Position numbers and translations under genes: made by a program
Source of the DNA: Dehalococcoidia bacterium
Lineage (GTDB): Bacteria; Chloroflexota; Dehalococcoidia; Plut-88900
Reading direction: 5' to 3'
NCBI GenBank assembly: GCA_965197585.1
Contig: OZ240215.1
Location: forward strand, 2,080,001 to 2,144,000
DNA length: 64,000 nucleotides
Shown: one piece after another, positions 11,122-20,929 of the stretch
Numbering within the stretch: the stretch's first letter is position 1
Layout of the letters: each line of letters opens with the position of its first letter
Notes under the pieces: generated by a model
The model's database searches: none
What the model was told of the DNA's origin: nothing
Seen by the model: the letters and a program-made list of their open reading frames with translations, nothing else

Positions 11122-12156
11122 TCAGGCCCCGGTGCTAGAAAGCAGTTTCAGGGCCTCACTATAGGGCGCCCGAGCGATACCGTTCTCCGTGATGATTGCC
11201 GACACGTAGCGTGAAGGTGTGACATCGAAGGCAGGGTGGGCCGCCTTAACACCCTCGGGCGCCACCCCGACACCTGCGTATTCCAGCACCTCCCTTGGGT
11301 CCCGCTCCTCGATAGGGATGTCGTCCCCGGTTGTGAGACTCAGATCGAAAGTGCTTATCGGTGCTGCTACGTAAAACGGCACCGAGTTCTCCTTGGCGAG
11401 CACAGCTATGGAGTAAGTGCCAATCTTGTTAGCCACGTCGCCGTTGGCCGCGATCCTGTCCGCCCCGACCACCACGCAGTCAACCTCCCCCGACTTCAGG
11501 AAGTGCCCTGCCATCGAGTCGGTTATGAGCGTAACGTCGATCTCGTCCTGGGAAAGCTCCCATGCGGTGAGTCTTGCTCCCTGCAGGAAGGGCCGGGTCT
11601 CTGTGGCCAGCACCCGGACGGGAGTCCCGGATTCTATGGCGGAGCGGATAACCCCCAAGGCAGTGCCGTATCCCGCCGTAGCCAGGGCACCGGCGTTGCA
11701 GTGCGTCATCACCATGCCCCCACCTTGAATCAACTCCGCACCGTGCGCCCCGATACGGCGGTTGATTGCCTCGTCTTCTCGGTGGATAGTGATCGCCTCA
11801 GCGATGAGGGCGTCCTTGGCGGCTTCCGGGCTGCACTGTCCGTCGAAGACTCTCTGCATCCGGTCTACGGCCCACCTGAGATTTACCGCCGTGGGCCGGG
11901 AGGCGGCTATCTCATCACACACATGGCCCAGGCGGGCTTTGAAATCCACCATGTCCTGCGAGTCTATGGCCCGGGCCCCGAGGGCCACCCCATAAGCAGC
12001 CGCCACCCCGATGGCCGGGGCGCCCCGGACACGCATCTCCTTGATGGCCCGCGCTACCTCACGGTAGTCGTCCAGTTCGAGGTATACCTCCTGTCGCGGA
12101 AGCAGGGTCTGGTCAAGGAGTATGAGTTTGCCGTCTCGCCACTCGATGCTGTTCAT
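11122..12156 (-). CDS. mtnA: Methylthioribose-1-phosphate isomerase
   Basis: [52 protein letters not shown]. Confidence 0.96.
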   Translation of the reverse strand: MNSIEWRDGKLILLDQTLLPRQEVYLELDDYREVARAIKEMRVRGAPAIGVAAAYGVALGARAIDSQDMVDFKARLGHVCDEIAASRPTAVNLRWAVDRMQRVFDGQCSPEAAKDALIAEAITIHREDEAINRRIGAHGAELIQGGGMVMTHCNAGALATAGYGTALGVIRSAIESGTPVRVLATETRPFLQGARLTAWELSQDEIDVTLITDSMAGHFLKSGEVDCVVVGADRIAANGDVANKIGTYSIAVLAKENSVPFYVAAPISTFDLSLTTGDDIPIEERDPREVLEYAGVGVAPEGVKAAHPAFDVTPSRYVSAIITENGIARAPYSEALKLLSSTGA

Positions 12157-12339
12157 ATCGGCTCTATACTGTTCACGTGTTTGTGGCTTCGGCCCGTGGC
12201 TCGGGTGCAGCTGGTAGATTATAGGTTAAGCAGGGCCTCAGTACCATTGCCGGGGGTCAGCCGACGGGCATTTGTTATAATCGGCTCCATAGCCCCCCTG
12301 ACCTCGGGGGATTTTCCATGAACAGACCGGGGAGATAGA

Positions 12340-13431
12340 GTGGAGAAGTTCGACCGTTTGGAAGAGATGGAGCAGCGGTTTCAGGAGATCGAACAACTCC
12401 TGTCCGACCCCGAGATAGCCAGAAATCCCCAGCGAATTCAGTCCCTCTCTCGGGAGCGCGCGTCAATCGAGGACATTGTAACGACCTACCGAGAGTTCAA
12501 AGACGTAGGGCAGGAGCTTGATGAAAGCCGGTCTATGCTCGACGACAACCTGGACGAGGAGATGAAGTCCTTCGTCAAGGAAGAGATGGCTACGCTGGAA
12601 CAGCGGCACGGTCGACTTTCAAGGGAGATCATTGAGGCCCTGGTCACGGGAGACCTGCGGGACAGTAAGGACGTGATCATGGAGATCAGGGCGGGCGCGG
12701 GAGGAGACGAGGCCGCACTATTCGCCTCCGACCTCTACCGCATGTACGTCCGGTACGCCCAGACCCTTGGATTTCACAGTGAAGTCCTGAACACCAACGA
12801 CATTGGCATCGGCGGCCTCAAGGAGGTCGTTTTCGGAATCAAGGGCAAGGGCGCATTTGGGAAGTTCAAGTACGAAAGTGGCGTTCACCGGGTCCAGCGT
12901 GTCCCGGTCACCGAGTCCTCAGGTCGCATCCACACCTCCACCGTAACCGTCGCCGTCATGTCCGAAATGGAGGATGTGGATGTCACAATCGATCCCGACG
13001 ACCTGAAGATCGACATTTTCCACGCCGGGGGCCACGGGGGTCAGAACGTCAACAAGGTCGCCACCGCCGTCAGAATCACACATCTACCAAGTGGCCTGGT
13101 CACGGTATGCCAGGATGAACGGTCTCAACTGAAGAACAAGACCAAGGCCATGTCCGTCCTCCGAGCCCGGCTATACGACATTGAGCACCGGAAACAGCAA
13201 GCAGAGGTAGCCGAGGCCCGCCGCTCCCAGGTCGGAACGGGTGACCGCTCCGAGAAAGTGCGCACCTATAACTTCCCCCAGGACCGCATCACCGACCATC
13301 GCATCGGCCTTTCCATTCACAACCTGCCCCGAGTCCTGGAAGGCGAGATGGGAGAGCTGGTCCAGGCGCTGGCCAACAAGGAGCGGGAAGAAAACCTGGT
13401 AAGGGCCGGAGTGGGTTCCGGGGGCGCATAG
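12340..13431 (+). CDS. prfA: Peptide chain release factor 1
   Basis: GGQ motif, RF1-type PVT tripeptide (RVQRVPVTE), followed by prmC. Confidence 0.96.
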   Translation: MEKFDRLEEMEQRFQEIEQLLSDPEIARNPQRIQSLSRERASIEDIVTTYREFKDVGQELDESRSMLDDNLDEEMKSFVKEEMATLEQRHGRLSREIIEALVTGDLRDSKDVIMEIRAGAGGDEAALFASDLYRMYVRYAQTLGFHSEVLNTNDIGIGGLKEVVFGIKGKGAFGKFKYESGVHRVQRVPVTESSGRIHTSTVTVAVMSEMEDVDVTIDPDDLKIDIFHAGGHGGQNVNKVATAVRITHLPSGLVTVCQDERSQLKNKTKAMSVLRARLYDIEHRKQQAEVAEARRSQVGTGDRSEKVRTYNFPQDRITDHRIGLSIHNLPRVLEGEMGELVQALANKEREENLVRAGVGSGGA

Positions 13432-13432
13432 G

Positions 13433-14311
13433 GTGAGGGTCAGGGACGCCCTCAGACAGGCTCGGGAGAAGCTGCGGGCTTCGGGGGTGGAGGATGCAGG
13501 TTTCGAGTCGGAATATCTCTTGCGGTCAGCCCTCAAGTGCACCAGAGAAAGCCTACTAATAGGCTTAGACTCCGACGTCTCATCCTTATATCAACTTCAC
13601 TTCGACTCGGTAATCGATCGGCGGGCTGCTGGGGAACCCTCGGCCTTTATCACAGGCCATAAGGAATTCTACGGACTCGACTTCAAGGTAGACTCCCGGG
13701 CCCTGATCCCCCGCCCCGAGACCGAGCTTCTCCTGGAGCTTGTCCTGGAATTCGCCGCCCGGCGTACTAGCAGGGACGAGGGTTTGAACATCGCCGAGGT
13801 TGGGGTGGGGTGCGGGGCTATTGCAATCGCGCTGGCAGTGAATCTGTCGGGGGCGAGGATTGTGGCTACGGACATCTCACCTGCGGCACTGAACTTGGCA
13901 AGCGAGAACGTATCCAGGCATCGAGTCGAAGATCGTGTAACGCTGCTGAATGGAGACCTGCTGGACTCAGTTTCCGGGCCAATCGACATCCTGGTCTCGA
14001 ACCCGCCTTACATACCTTCTTCTCAAGTCGATATCCTTCCCCGTGAGATACGTGACCACGAGCCCCGTGTCGCCCTGGACGGAGGAGAGAACGGTATGGT
14101 CCTTATCGAAAGACTCATATGTCAGGCTAAAAACAAGCTCAGGCCCGGCGGGGCCATGTTCGTAGAGATCGGCTGGGACCTTGGAGAACGAACCTTGGCC
14201 CGTTGCTTGGAGCTCTGGCCGGAGTCCGAAGTTTCCAGCACACCTGACCTCGCCGGCCTAGACAGAGTCCTAACCCTTCGCTCGCCCATCGGCGCAGCGC
14301 AGCCCGCATAA
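13433..14311 (+). CDS. prmC: Release factor glutamine methyltransferase
   Basis: LIPRPETE, NPPY, ALDGG..G; adjacent to prfA. Confidence 0.94.
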   Translation: MRVRDALRQAREKLRASGVEDAGFESEYLLRSALKCTRESLLIGLDSDVSSLYQLHFDSVIDRRAAGEPSAFITGHKEFYGLDFKVDSRALIPRPETELLLELVLEFAARRTSRDEGLNIAEVGVGCGAIAIALAVNLSGARIVATDISPAALNLASENVSRHRVEDRVTLLNGDLLDSVSGPIDILVSNPPYIPSSQVDILPREIRDHEPRVALDGGENGMVLIERLICQAKNKLRPGGAMFVEIGWDLGERTLARCLELWPESEVSSTPDLAGLDRVLTLRSPIGAAQPA

Positions 14312-14318
14312 GGAGCAC

Positions 14319-14711
14319 ATGAACATCTTCTTCGACGTCGACGACACCCTCATCGCCTTCGACGGCAGCCTTCGGCCCCACGTTTACGAGGTCTTCCAGA
14401 TGCTCCTGGACGATGGGCACGACATCTACATCTGGTCGGGGGTTGGGCTGCGCTGGGAGATAATCGAACGGCACAAGCTGCGTCCCTACATCCAGGACTG
14501 CTTCGTCAAACCCACCGCTAACTACCGGAAGGGCCTGGAGATTCTCGGCATCCCCGTCCACCCCGACTTCTGCGTCGACGACCATCCTGAGCTCGTCAAG
14601 GCTCTCGGCGGCGAAGCCGTCAAGCCCTACTATTGGGCCGACACAAGAGACAAAGAGATGCTCCGCATTTACGATGCCATCACCGAATTCGCTCGGAAAT
14701 GTACGCAATGA
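14319..14711 (+). CDS. Small HAD-superfamily-like protein
   Basis: N-terminal FFDVDDTL (DxD motif), IWS, later VDD; RBS aaggag just upstream. Confidence 0.7.
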   Translation: MNIFFDVDDTLIAFDGSLRPHVYEVFQMLLDDGHDIYIWSGVGLRWEIIERHKLRPYIQDCFVKPTANYRKGLEILGIPVHPDFCVDDHPELVKALGGEAVKPYYWADTRDKEMLRIYDAITEFARKCTQ

Positions 14712-14729
14712 CCCTTTTCCTGGGCGTGG

Positions 14730-14787
14730 GGTTCCGTTCGTCCGCCTGAGGCGGGAGCGGAGTCGAAGGGTCTCAAGAGCGGAACGG
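14730..14787. repeat. REP-like palindromic repeat, family A (TTCCG(T/C)TCGCCCTGAGC..GTCGAAGGG..CAAGAGCGGAA)
   Basis: Same consensus recurs at ~27268, 31105, 31159, 33275, 33716 and 34512. Confidence 0.8.
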
Positions 14788-14830
14788 GACGGCCCGTTGG
14801 TTAACGGGTTGTGCCTGGATTTCTTATAGA

Positions 14831-14863
14831 GAGGCGGGCTGCCACTTCATAGCAGCCCGCCTC
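14831..14863. terminator. Hairpin between convergent genes, likely terminator
   Basis: gaggcgggctgc / gcagcccgcctc 12-bp stem. Confidence 0.6.
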
Positions 14864-14875
14864 CTTCTACATTAG

Positions 14876-15391
14876 CTAGTTGACAGTGAAGGTCTTGGAC
14901 ATCCCCAAAAGGAAGTGGCTCTCGGGATTGCCCTCATCGTCTATCTCGTCATGCTCCACTATGTTGCATAGGAAGACATAGTTGCCGGGCTCCAGTTCGA
15001 AAACGCCGGCGCGTTTCTGCCCGGGATCAAACTCCTCAATCTCCCCGATGAACTCAACCCCGTCCACACCCTCTTCGGGAAGGAAACCGCGTTCCTCAGA
15101 GTTCGCTATGGCAATCTGCTCCAACTGCTCAATCGGCAGGTCCGTCCTGAAGATGACCAGCTCGTGAGGGTCAGCCGGGCCTCCGTTAGTAACGTCAAAC
15201 CGCACCAGCCCTGCGGGGACGTTATCGGGCGATGTCTCAATGCCCCACTCTCCCAACGCTACAATTACCGTAGATACGGGTTCCATGCCCTCAACGGTTG
15301 CCTCATGGTCCTCTTGGGAGATACCGGACCCGCACGCCATAGCCACCAGTAGCATGAGGCCGATCAGCACTATTCCTATCACCTTATTCAT
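14876..15391 (-). CDS. Cupredoxin-like (blue copper) lipoprotein
   Basis: Lipobox AMAC; PHELVI and C-terminal GNYVFLCN...H...GM type-1 copper ligands; RBS ggagg before ATG 15391. Confidence 0.8.
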   Translation of the reverse strand: MNKVIGIVLIGLMLLVAMACGSGISQEDHEATVEGMEPVSTVIVALGEWGIETSPDNVPAGLVRFDVTNGGPADPHELVIFRTDLPIEQLEQIAIANSEERGFLPEEGVDGVEFIGEIEEFDPGQKRAGVFELEPGNYVFLCNIVEHDEIDDEGNPESHFLLGMSKTFTVN

Positions 15392-15574
15392 GGCAAACCT
15401 CCACACAATGCTAAGTCCGCAATACACCGCAATTCCTATAGATAGACTGTACTATCTTATGGCTATAGTATCTTAAAGGAATTCAAAGGGTCAAACGCCA
15501 AAATTGCCGGCCCTCCACCCGACCGTCCGTAATGTAGAATTCACCCCATAGACCCGTGAAGGGAGACCCGAGAA

Positions 15575-16705
15575 ATGCCGAGAATCATAGACGCGGACAG
15601 CCACACCGTAGAGCCCCCTGACCTGTGGGTCGAAAACCTTGAACCCAAGTACAGACATCGCGCAATGCGCATCGCCGTAGATGAGGATGGCCTGGAATAC
15701 CTGGAGATCGACGGCAAGAAGCCCACGGGCTACCTGATCTCGGGCGGGATGTTCGGCAGGCCGAGCGGAATAGGCAAGGACGTAAAGGACCTGCTGACTC
15801 CCGGAAAGATCACTTATCAAGAAGGTCTCGAGCCCGGTGCGGTTGATCCCATTGAGCGCCTCAAAGTGCTGGACTCGGAGGGAATAGAGGCGACGGTGCT
15901 GTACCCGACAATGGGCCTCGCTTGGGAAGCCGAATGCCCCGACTACAAGCTGGCCGCCGCCTGCTGCCGGGTCTACAACGACTGGATTCTGGATTTCTGC
16001 CGCCCCAACCCCGACAGGCTCATACCCATCGCCCATGTCTCGGTATCCGACGCGGAGGAAGGGGCCAAGGAGCTGGAAAGGACGGCCAAGCTCGGGGCCC
16101 GGGGGGTCTTCCTTAGCGGCTACCCAATTAACGGCGTCTCTTACGGAGACCCGCGCCACGATCAATTCTGGGCCCTGGCACAGGAGGCCGATCTCCCGGT
16201 TTCCCTCCATATCGCTGCCACCCCTCGGCAGGTCTTCGACAACCTGTACACCGGCGGCGTCCCCGAAAACACTTGGTGGAACTTCCTCACCCTCGCCAAT
16301 GACACATTCATCGGATTCGCCAGCCTCTTCAAGGGCGCAGTCTTCGATCGGTTCCCGGACGTCAAGGTAATCGTCCTGGAGACGGGCGCCGGTTTCATGC
16401 CCTACTGGCTTGACCGGATGGACGAGTTCTACGAAAAGTTCGGGTTCGCCACGGGTATGCAGAAGGAACCCAGCGAGTATTTCCACAAGCAGTGTTGGAT
16501 ATCCCTTGAGCCCGACGACGAAATGGCCGTATCAACCATCAACATCCTCGGCGCAGACCGATTCATCTGGGGCGCCGACTACCCTCACTCTGACGGGCTC
16601 TACGGCGCCGTCGACGTCCTGAAAAAAAACATCAGCCCGCTATCCGAAGGGGACCAGGCCAAGGTGCTGGGTGAGAACGCCATTGAGCTTTATAACATTG
16701 ATTAG
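15575..16705 (+). CDS. Amidohydrolase_2 family protein
   Basis: IIDADSH, LYPT, YNDW, SLH, LETGAG, WGADYPH. Confidence 0.9.
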   Translation: MPRIIDADSHTVEPPDLWVENLEPKYRHRAMRIAVDEDGLEYLEIDGKKPTGYLISGGMFGRPSGIGKDVKDLLTPGKITYQEGLEPGAVDPIERLKVLDSEGIEATVLYPTMGLAWEAECPDYKLAAACCRVYNDWILDFCRPNPDRLIPIAHVSVSDAEEGAKELERTAKLGARGVFLSGYPINGVSYGDPRHDQFWALAQEADLPVSLHIAATPRQVFDNLYTGGVPENTWWNFLTLANDTFIGFASLFKGAVFDRFPDVKVIVLETGAGFMPYWLDRMDEFYEKFGFATGMQKEPSEYFHKQCWISLEPDDEMAVSTINILGADRFIWGADYPHSDGLYGAVDVLKKNISPLSEGDQAKVLGENAIELYNID

Positions 16706-16888
16706 GTGTCTTGAGAGGTGAAGTTTGAAGAAGAGCTACGTAGGGATCGAAAGCTAGGAGAGGACAGAGCAAAACGGGAAATCATCTCCCGGTGTCCCGT
16801 AGCAATTGAGCATATCCTGCTCATGCTAAACACCGCTTTTTTCGATGTCACTCGAATCAATTACCTTAGGACATAGGATATTTCGTTA

Positions 16889-17443
16889 ATGCGATATTGG
16901 GTAATAGAGCGAAGCATCCAACATCACACCAACAAAGAACGACGTAAGCGAGGACTGAAGCCTTTGAAAGGGAATAAGTCTCTAATACGCGCCGCGCAGG
17001 GCCACAGTAGATGGATGGCCAAAACAGGTCGCTATTCCCACACGGGAGTTGGGAAAAGCAATCACCACCAACGAGCTATTAATGCAGGATTTGGAGGCAC
17101 AGCAACAAGCGAGAACATTTGGAATACGCAGGGACGTAGTGGCATCGCATGGAAAAGCCGGTTCCGGTGGCGTGGCGACTGGCAATTGGGCAAGGCGGCG
17201 GTCATTTCGTGGCTTAACAGTCCTGGGCACCGGCAGAATCTACTATCGCCACAATGGAATTACTCGGGTATGGGGGTGGGGGTCAATCGCAAAGGACGGA
17301 TCTATATGACACAGGTATTCGGGTATGAAATCTTACTTGAACAGAACATATTTGGACGCATATTGTTATCGCGGGTTTTCGGTCTTGTGTTCATCCTCGG
17401 AGTTATGGCAGGAGTACCCGCGCTTTGCTCTCAAATTAATTAA
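16889..17443 (+). CDS. CAP (SCP-like) domain protein with C-terminal hydrophobic segment
   Basis: TNKER...GL.PL, AAQGHS..MA....SH, ENI, W.NSPGHRQNLL. Confidence 0.85.
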   Translation: MRYWVIERSIQHHTNKERRKRGLKPLKGNKSLIRAAQGHSRWMAKTGRYSHTGVGKSNHHQRAINAGFGGTATSENIWNTQGRSGIAWKSRFRWRGDWQLGKAAVISWLNSPGHRQNLLSPQWNYSGMGVGVNRKGRIYMTQVFGYEILLEQNIFGRILLSRVFGLVFILGVMAGVPALCSQIN

Positions 17444-17606
17444 CATGTAGTTGCCACCCATAAGAAGACCCGCTGTAACGCTCATTTAATACCATTTGCG
17501 AGTCAGAAATTGTCAGCTATATGCTGATCAGTGTCAGAATCATTTTTTGCAGGGAAATTAGAGCCCAAATGGACAGACACCGAGGTATGACCGACTTTCG
17601 TATCGA

Positions 17607-17795
17607 ATGAAACGATCTAGGTGTCTAACCGTGACACCCGACTTCCTGGATTGCAAATGTGAGAACAATTACATTTACCTGGCCTCTAGCCTGTGCTAAG
17701 ACGATGTGTTGTGCAACCACTGCGGTACCATCAAAAGTGTCACTCCAGACTCTCGCATATATGAGGTTCAAGACTTATTACACGATAGCCTTTAG
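17607..17795 (+). pseudogene. Degenerate small Cys-rich protein gene
   Basis: Frame reads TPDFLDCKCENNYIY...C*DDVLCNHCG...PDSRIYEV with an internal TAA at 17697-17699. Confidence 0.4.
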
Positions 17796-17875
17796 ATGCG
17801 GACTAACCCCCACCCCTTTGGTGTAAACTAGCCGTCAACCGACCCCTCCAAGCCATCTATGAGAGGTAATTCGAC

Positions 17876-18691
17876 ATGACCGGTATATGGCCTGGCCTTA
17901 CTCAGTGCACCGTCAACCTGGGCTTCGACATTGACGCCCAGAGCAACTGGATCGGCAGAGACCCGGCACTCCGGGACAGGCCGGTGATGATGACCGCCGC
18001 CGACTATGGCCCGAAAGTCGGCGTCCCTAGGATACTCAACCTGATGGATGAATACGGGCTCAAGGCCTCTTTCTTCATCCCCGGTTTCACCGCCGAGCAG
18101 TACCCGGCCCTCGTGAAGGAGATCCTGGCCAGGGGCCACGAGGTTGCAGGTCACGGCTACATGCACCGCCGGCCCGCAGAGCTGACACTGGAAGGGGAGA
18201 TAGAAGACCTGGACCGGGGCCTCGAGGCGTTAGAAAAGGCCGCCGGGCAAAAGATCACCGGCTACCGGGTCCCGGGCGGTGACGCCAGCAACCATACAAT
18301 GTCTCTCCTCGCAGAGCGGGGCATCATCTACGACTCAAGCTTGATGGACGACGACGCCCCCTATATGATCGAGACGACAAACGGCAGCGTTCTCCAGATC
18401 CCCTTCCACTGGCTCCTCGACGATTTTCCCTACTACGCCTACGCTCCCGCGGTGGGCATGCGGGGCCCGGGCTGCAGTCCTGCGTCGGTGGCCAGGACCT
18501 GGATCGCCGAGTTCGACGGCCTCTACCAGGAGGGCCGTTGCATGATACTGGTCATGCACCCACAGGTCACGGGACATCCGGGCCACCTCGCCGGCCTGGA
18601 AACGACCATCAAGCACATGCTCACCAAGCCCAACGTCGCCATCACCACCGCCGGTGACATCGCCGAGCAGTGGATGGCTAAGAACTCGTAG
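17876..18691 (+). CDS. Polysaccharide deacetylase / PuuE-like CE4 hydrolase, copy 1
   Basis: FDID, YGPKVGVPRIL, FFIPG, HEV..HGYMH, YDSSLMDDD, MHPQV.G. Confidence 0.9.
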   Translation: MTGIWPGLTQCTVNLGFDIDAQSNWIGRDPALRDRPVMMTAADYGPKVGVPRILNLMDEYGLKASFFIPGFTAEQYPALVKEILARGHEVAGHGYMHRRPAELTLEGEIEDLDRGLEALEKAAGQKITGYRVPGGDASNHTMSLLAERGIIYDSSLMDDDAPYMIETTNGSVLQIPFHWLLDDFPYYAYAPAVGMRGPGCSPASVARTWIAEFDGLYQEGRCMILVMHPQVTGHPGHLAGLETTIKHMLTKPNVAITTAGDIAEQWMAKNS

Positions 18692-19510
18692 ATGGCCGGT
18701 CTCTGGAAAGACGGAGTCCAGTGCGCCGTCAACATCGGCTTTGACGTTGACGGCGTCAGCTCGTGGCTGGGGCGCGACGGCGACTTCGCCAACAGGCCAG
18801 TCGCCATGACAATGGGCGAGTACGGGCCCAAGGTCGGCGTGCCCAGGATACTGGACCTGCTGGAGGAATACGGAATCAAAGGCAGCTTCTTCGTACCGGG
18901 CCATACCGCCGAGAACCACCCCAACATCGTCCCCGACCTCCTTGAACGCGGCCACGAGGTCGCTCACCACGGCTACATCCACGAGCGGCCCGCCGCCTTG
19001 GACGAATCCGAGGAGCGGAGAGCAATTGAGACAGGCCTCGAGATTCTTGAGCGGCAGGCAGGCTTCCGAATAAGAGGCTACCGCTCGCCGTCATGGGACA
19101 TCAGCGTAAAAACCCTCGGTCTCTTGGTGGAATACGGCTTCTCATACGACTCCAGCCTCATGGACGACGACGCCCCTTACGTACACGACGTGGACGGGTC
19201 TCGGTTGGTGGAGCTTCCCGTGCAATGGCACCTGGACGACTTCCCTTACTGGGGTTACGCCCCCGCCGCCGGAGTCCGAGGACCGCTCTCCAGCCCGGAG
19301 GCCGTGACCCGCACCTGGACCGCAGATTTCGACACCCTCTACCGGGAGGGCAGGTGCTACATTCTGACCCTTCACCCCCAAGTCTCGGGGCACCCGAGCC
19401 GATTGTCGTGCCTGGAGCGTACCATTCAGCACATTATGTCCCACCCTAGGGTCGCATTCATGCGCTGCGACGAAATCGCCCAGCATTGGATCGAGCGGGG
19501 TCTTTCCTAG
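18692..19510 (+). CDS. Polysaccharide deacetylase / PuuE-like CE4 hydrolase, copy 2
   Basis: Same motifs; ATG directly follows the stop of copy 1. Confidence 0.9.
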   Translation: MAGLWKDGVQCAVNIGFDVDGVSSWLGRDGDFANRPVAMTMGEYGPKVGVPRILDLLEEYGIKGSFFVPGHTAENHPNIVPDLLERGHEVAHHGYIHERPAALDESEERRAIETGLEILERQAGFRIRGYRSPSWDISVKTLGLLVEYGFSYDSSLMDDDAPYVHDVDGSRLVELPVQWHLDDFPYWGYAPAAGVRGPLSSPEAVTRTWTADFDTLYREGRCYILTLHPQVSGHPSRLSCLERTIQHIMSHPRVAFMRCDEIAQHWIERGLS

Positions 19511-19540
19511 ACCCGATCCCCAAGCATCAGGAGGAACACC

Positions 19541-20350
19541 ATGGCAGGCATATGGCCCGGAGACACTCAGTGCGTAGTAACCCTGGGATTCGACATCGAC
19601 GGCGTCAGTTCGTGGATTGGCAGAAACCCCGACTTCGCCAACAGGCCCGGCCTGCTTTCCATGGCCGAGTATGGGCCCAAGCGGGGCGTGCCCCGCATCC
19701 TGAAGTTGCTGGACGACTACGATATCAAGGCCACCTTCTACATCCCAGGCTACGTCGCCGAGAACTATGAGGACATGGTGAGGGATATCGTGAAGCGGGG
19801 TCACGAGGTCGGGCACCACGGCTACATGCACGAGGCTCTGGGGACCATGCCGCTGGACCAGGAAACCGAAATCCTCGAAAGAGGCATGGCCATCCTCGAA
19901 CGGCTTACCGGCACGAAGACTCTTGGGTATCGGGCCCCGTTCTTCGACACCAGCCTGGACACCATCCGTCTGCTGGCGGAGCACGGCTTCGCCTACGACA
20001 CAAGCATGCACGACAGCGACGTCCCCTATATCCACGAAGTCAGCGAGAAGAAGCTGGTGGAAGTCCCGGTCAAGTGGGTGCTGGACGACTACGGGTACTT
20101 CGCATTCGTGCCCCAGGCTGGGATGAGGTCGGCGATGCAAGACCCCCAGAGCGTTTACGAGACCTACGCCGCGGAGTTCGACGGCGCCTACAAATACGGC
20201 AACGTGATGACCATGACGCTGCACCCCCAGGCCAGCGGAAGGCCCGCGCGGCTCACGTCGGTGGAGCGGCTGATACAGTACGCCAAGTCCCACCCGAACG
20301 TGGAGTTCTGGCGAGGCATAGACATCGCGGAATACTGGCTGGGGCGGTAG
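19541..20350 (+). CDS. Polysaccharide deacetylase / PuuE-like CE4 hydrolase, copy 3
   Basis: Same motifs; strong RBS aggagg. Confidence 0.9.
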   Translation: MAGIWPGDTQCVVTLGFDIDGVSSWIGRNPDFANRPGLLSMAEYGPKRGVPRILKLLDDYDIKATFYIPGYVAENYEDMVRDIVKRGHEVGHHGYMHEALGTMPLDQETEILERGMAILERLTGTKTLGYRAPFFDTSLDTIRLLAEHGFAYDTSMHDSDVPYIHEVSEKKLVEVPVKWVLDDYGYFAFVPQAGMRSAMQDPQSVYETYAAEFDGAYKYGNVMTMTLHPQASGRPARLTSVERLIQYAKSHPNVEFWRGIDIAEYWLGR

Positions 20351-20367
20351 GCGGCTATATCAGGGAG

Positions 20368-20408
20368 AAAGGGTCGCGTGGTGGCAGTGACCACCGCCCG
20401 ACCCTTTT
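20368..20408. terminator. Hairpin terminator between convergent genes
   Basis: aaagggtcg..gtggt / accac..cgacccttt with A/T flanks. Confidence 0.6.
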
Positions 20409-20416
20409 CCTTTCAT

Positions 20417-20929
20417 TTAGTTACGCCTATTGCGTTTCGCGCCTCGTACGGGGCTGGGTGGACTATCCTCTCTGGCAAAATCTATATCTGCTAAAGAGGG
20501 TATGCGGAACGAAAACTTTGTGTCGCTTTGGGGATGGGTTATGGCGAAGTCGCCGAGGCTGATTATGTCCATACCGATGAGCACATCGTAGCCTGGCAGG
20601 TTGCCCAATATGACGGGCATCGCCTGAAATTCCAAGTCACTGGGCAGCTTCATATTGATCGTGTATGCCGGCACGCCTTGGGCCTATCCTTGAGCGTGGC
20701 GCATCGTTCGGGTGCCCGTAGTCTGCAATTCGCAAGCATTCACAACTGTCTGGGAGATTACGCCGCTGGTGGCGCCGGTGTCCCATAGAGCAGTGAACTC
20801 GTACATGGGAGGATGGGGCCTATGGCTATCTGCCCTCCATGACTTGGAGGCCATACAACGGGTCTTGAGGACAAGGAGACCACCTTTGTAGATGGTAGTA
20901 AAGCTGAAGGAATGTACTTGGCGAGCTAT
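20417..20929 (-). pseudogene. Retropepsin-like aspartyl protease interrupted by an in-frame TAG
   Basis: One frame reads ...ALWDTGATSGVIS...HAQG*AQGVPAYTINM...DVLIGMDII; TAG at 20686-20684; start codon unclear. Confidence 0.75.

Noticed and set aside
9681-12339. SAM or SAH riboswitch upstream of ahcY, rhodanese or mtnA
   Set aside because: No SAM-I or SAH consensus recognisable in these intergenic regions.
16738-16896. Short GTG-initiated frame upstream of the CAP gene
   Set aside because: About 50 codons with no recognisable motif; cannot be supported.
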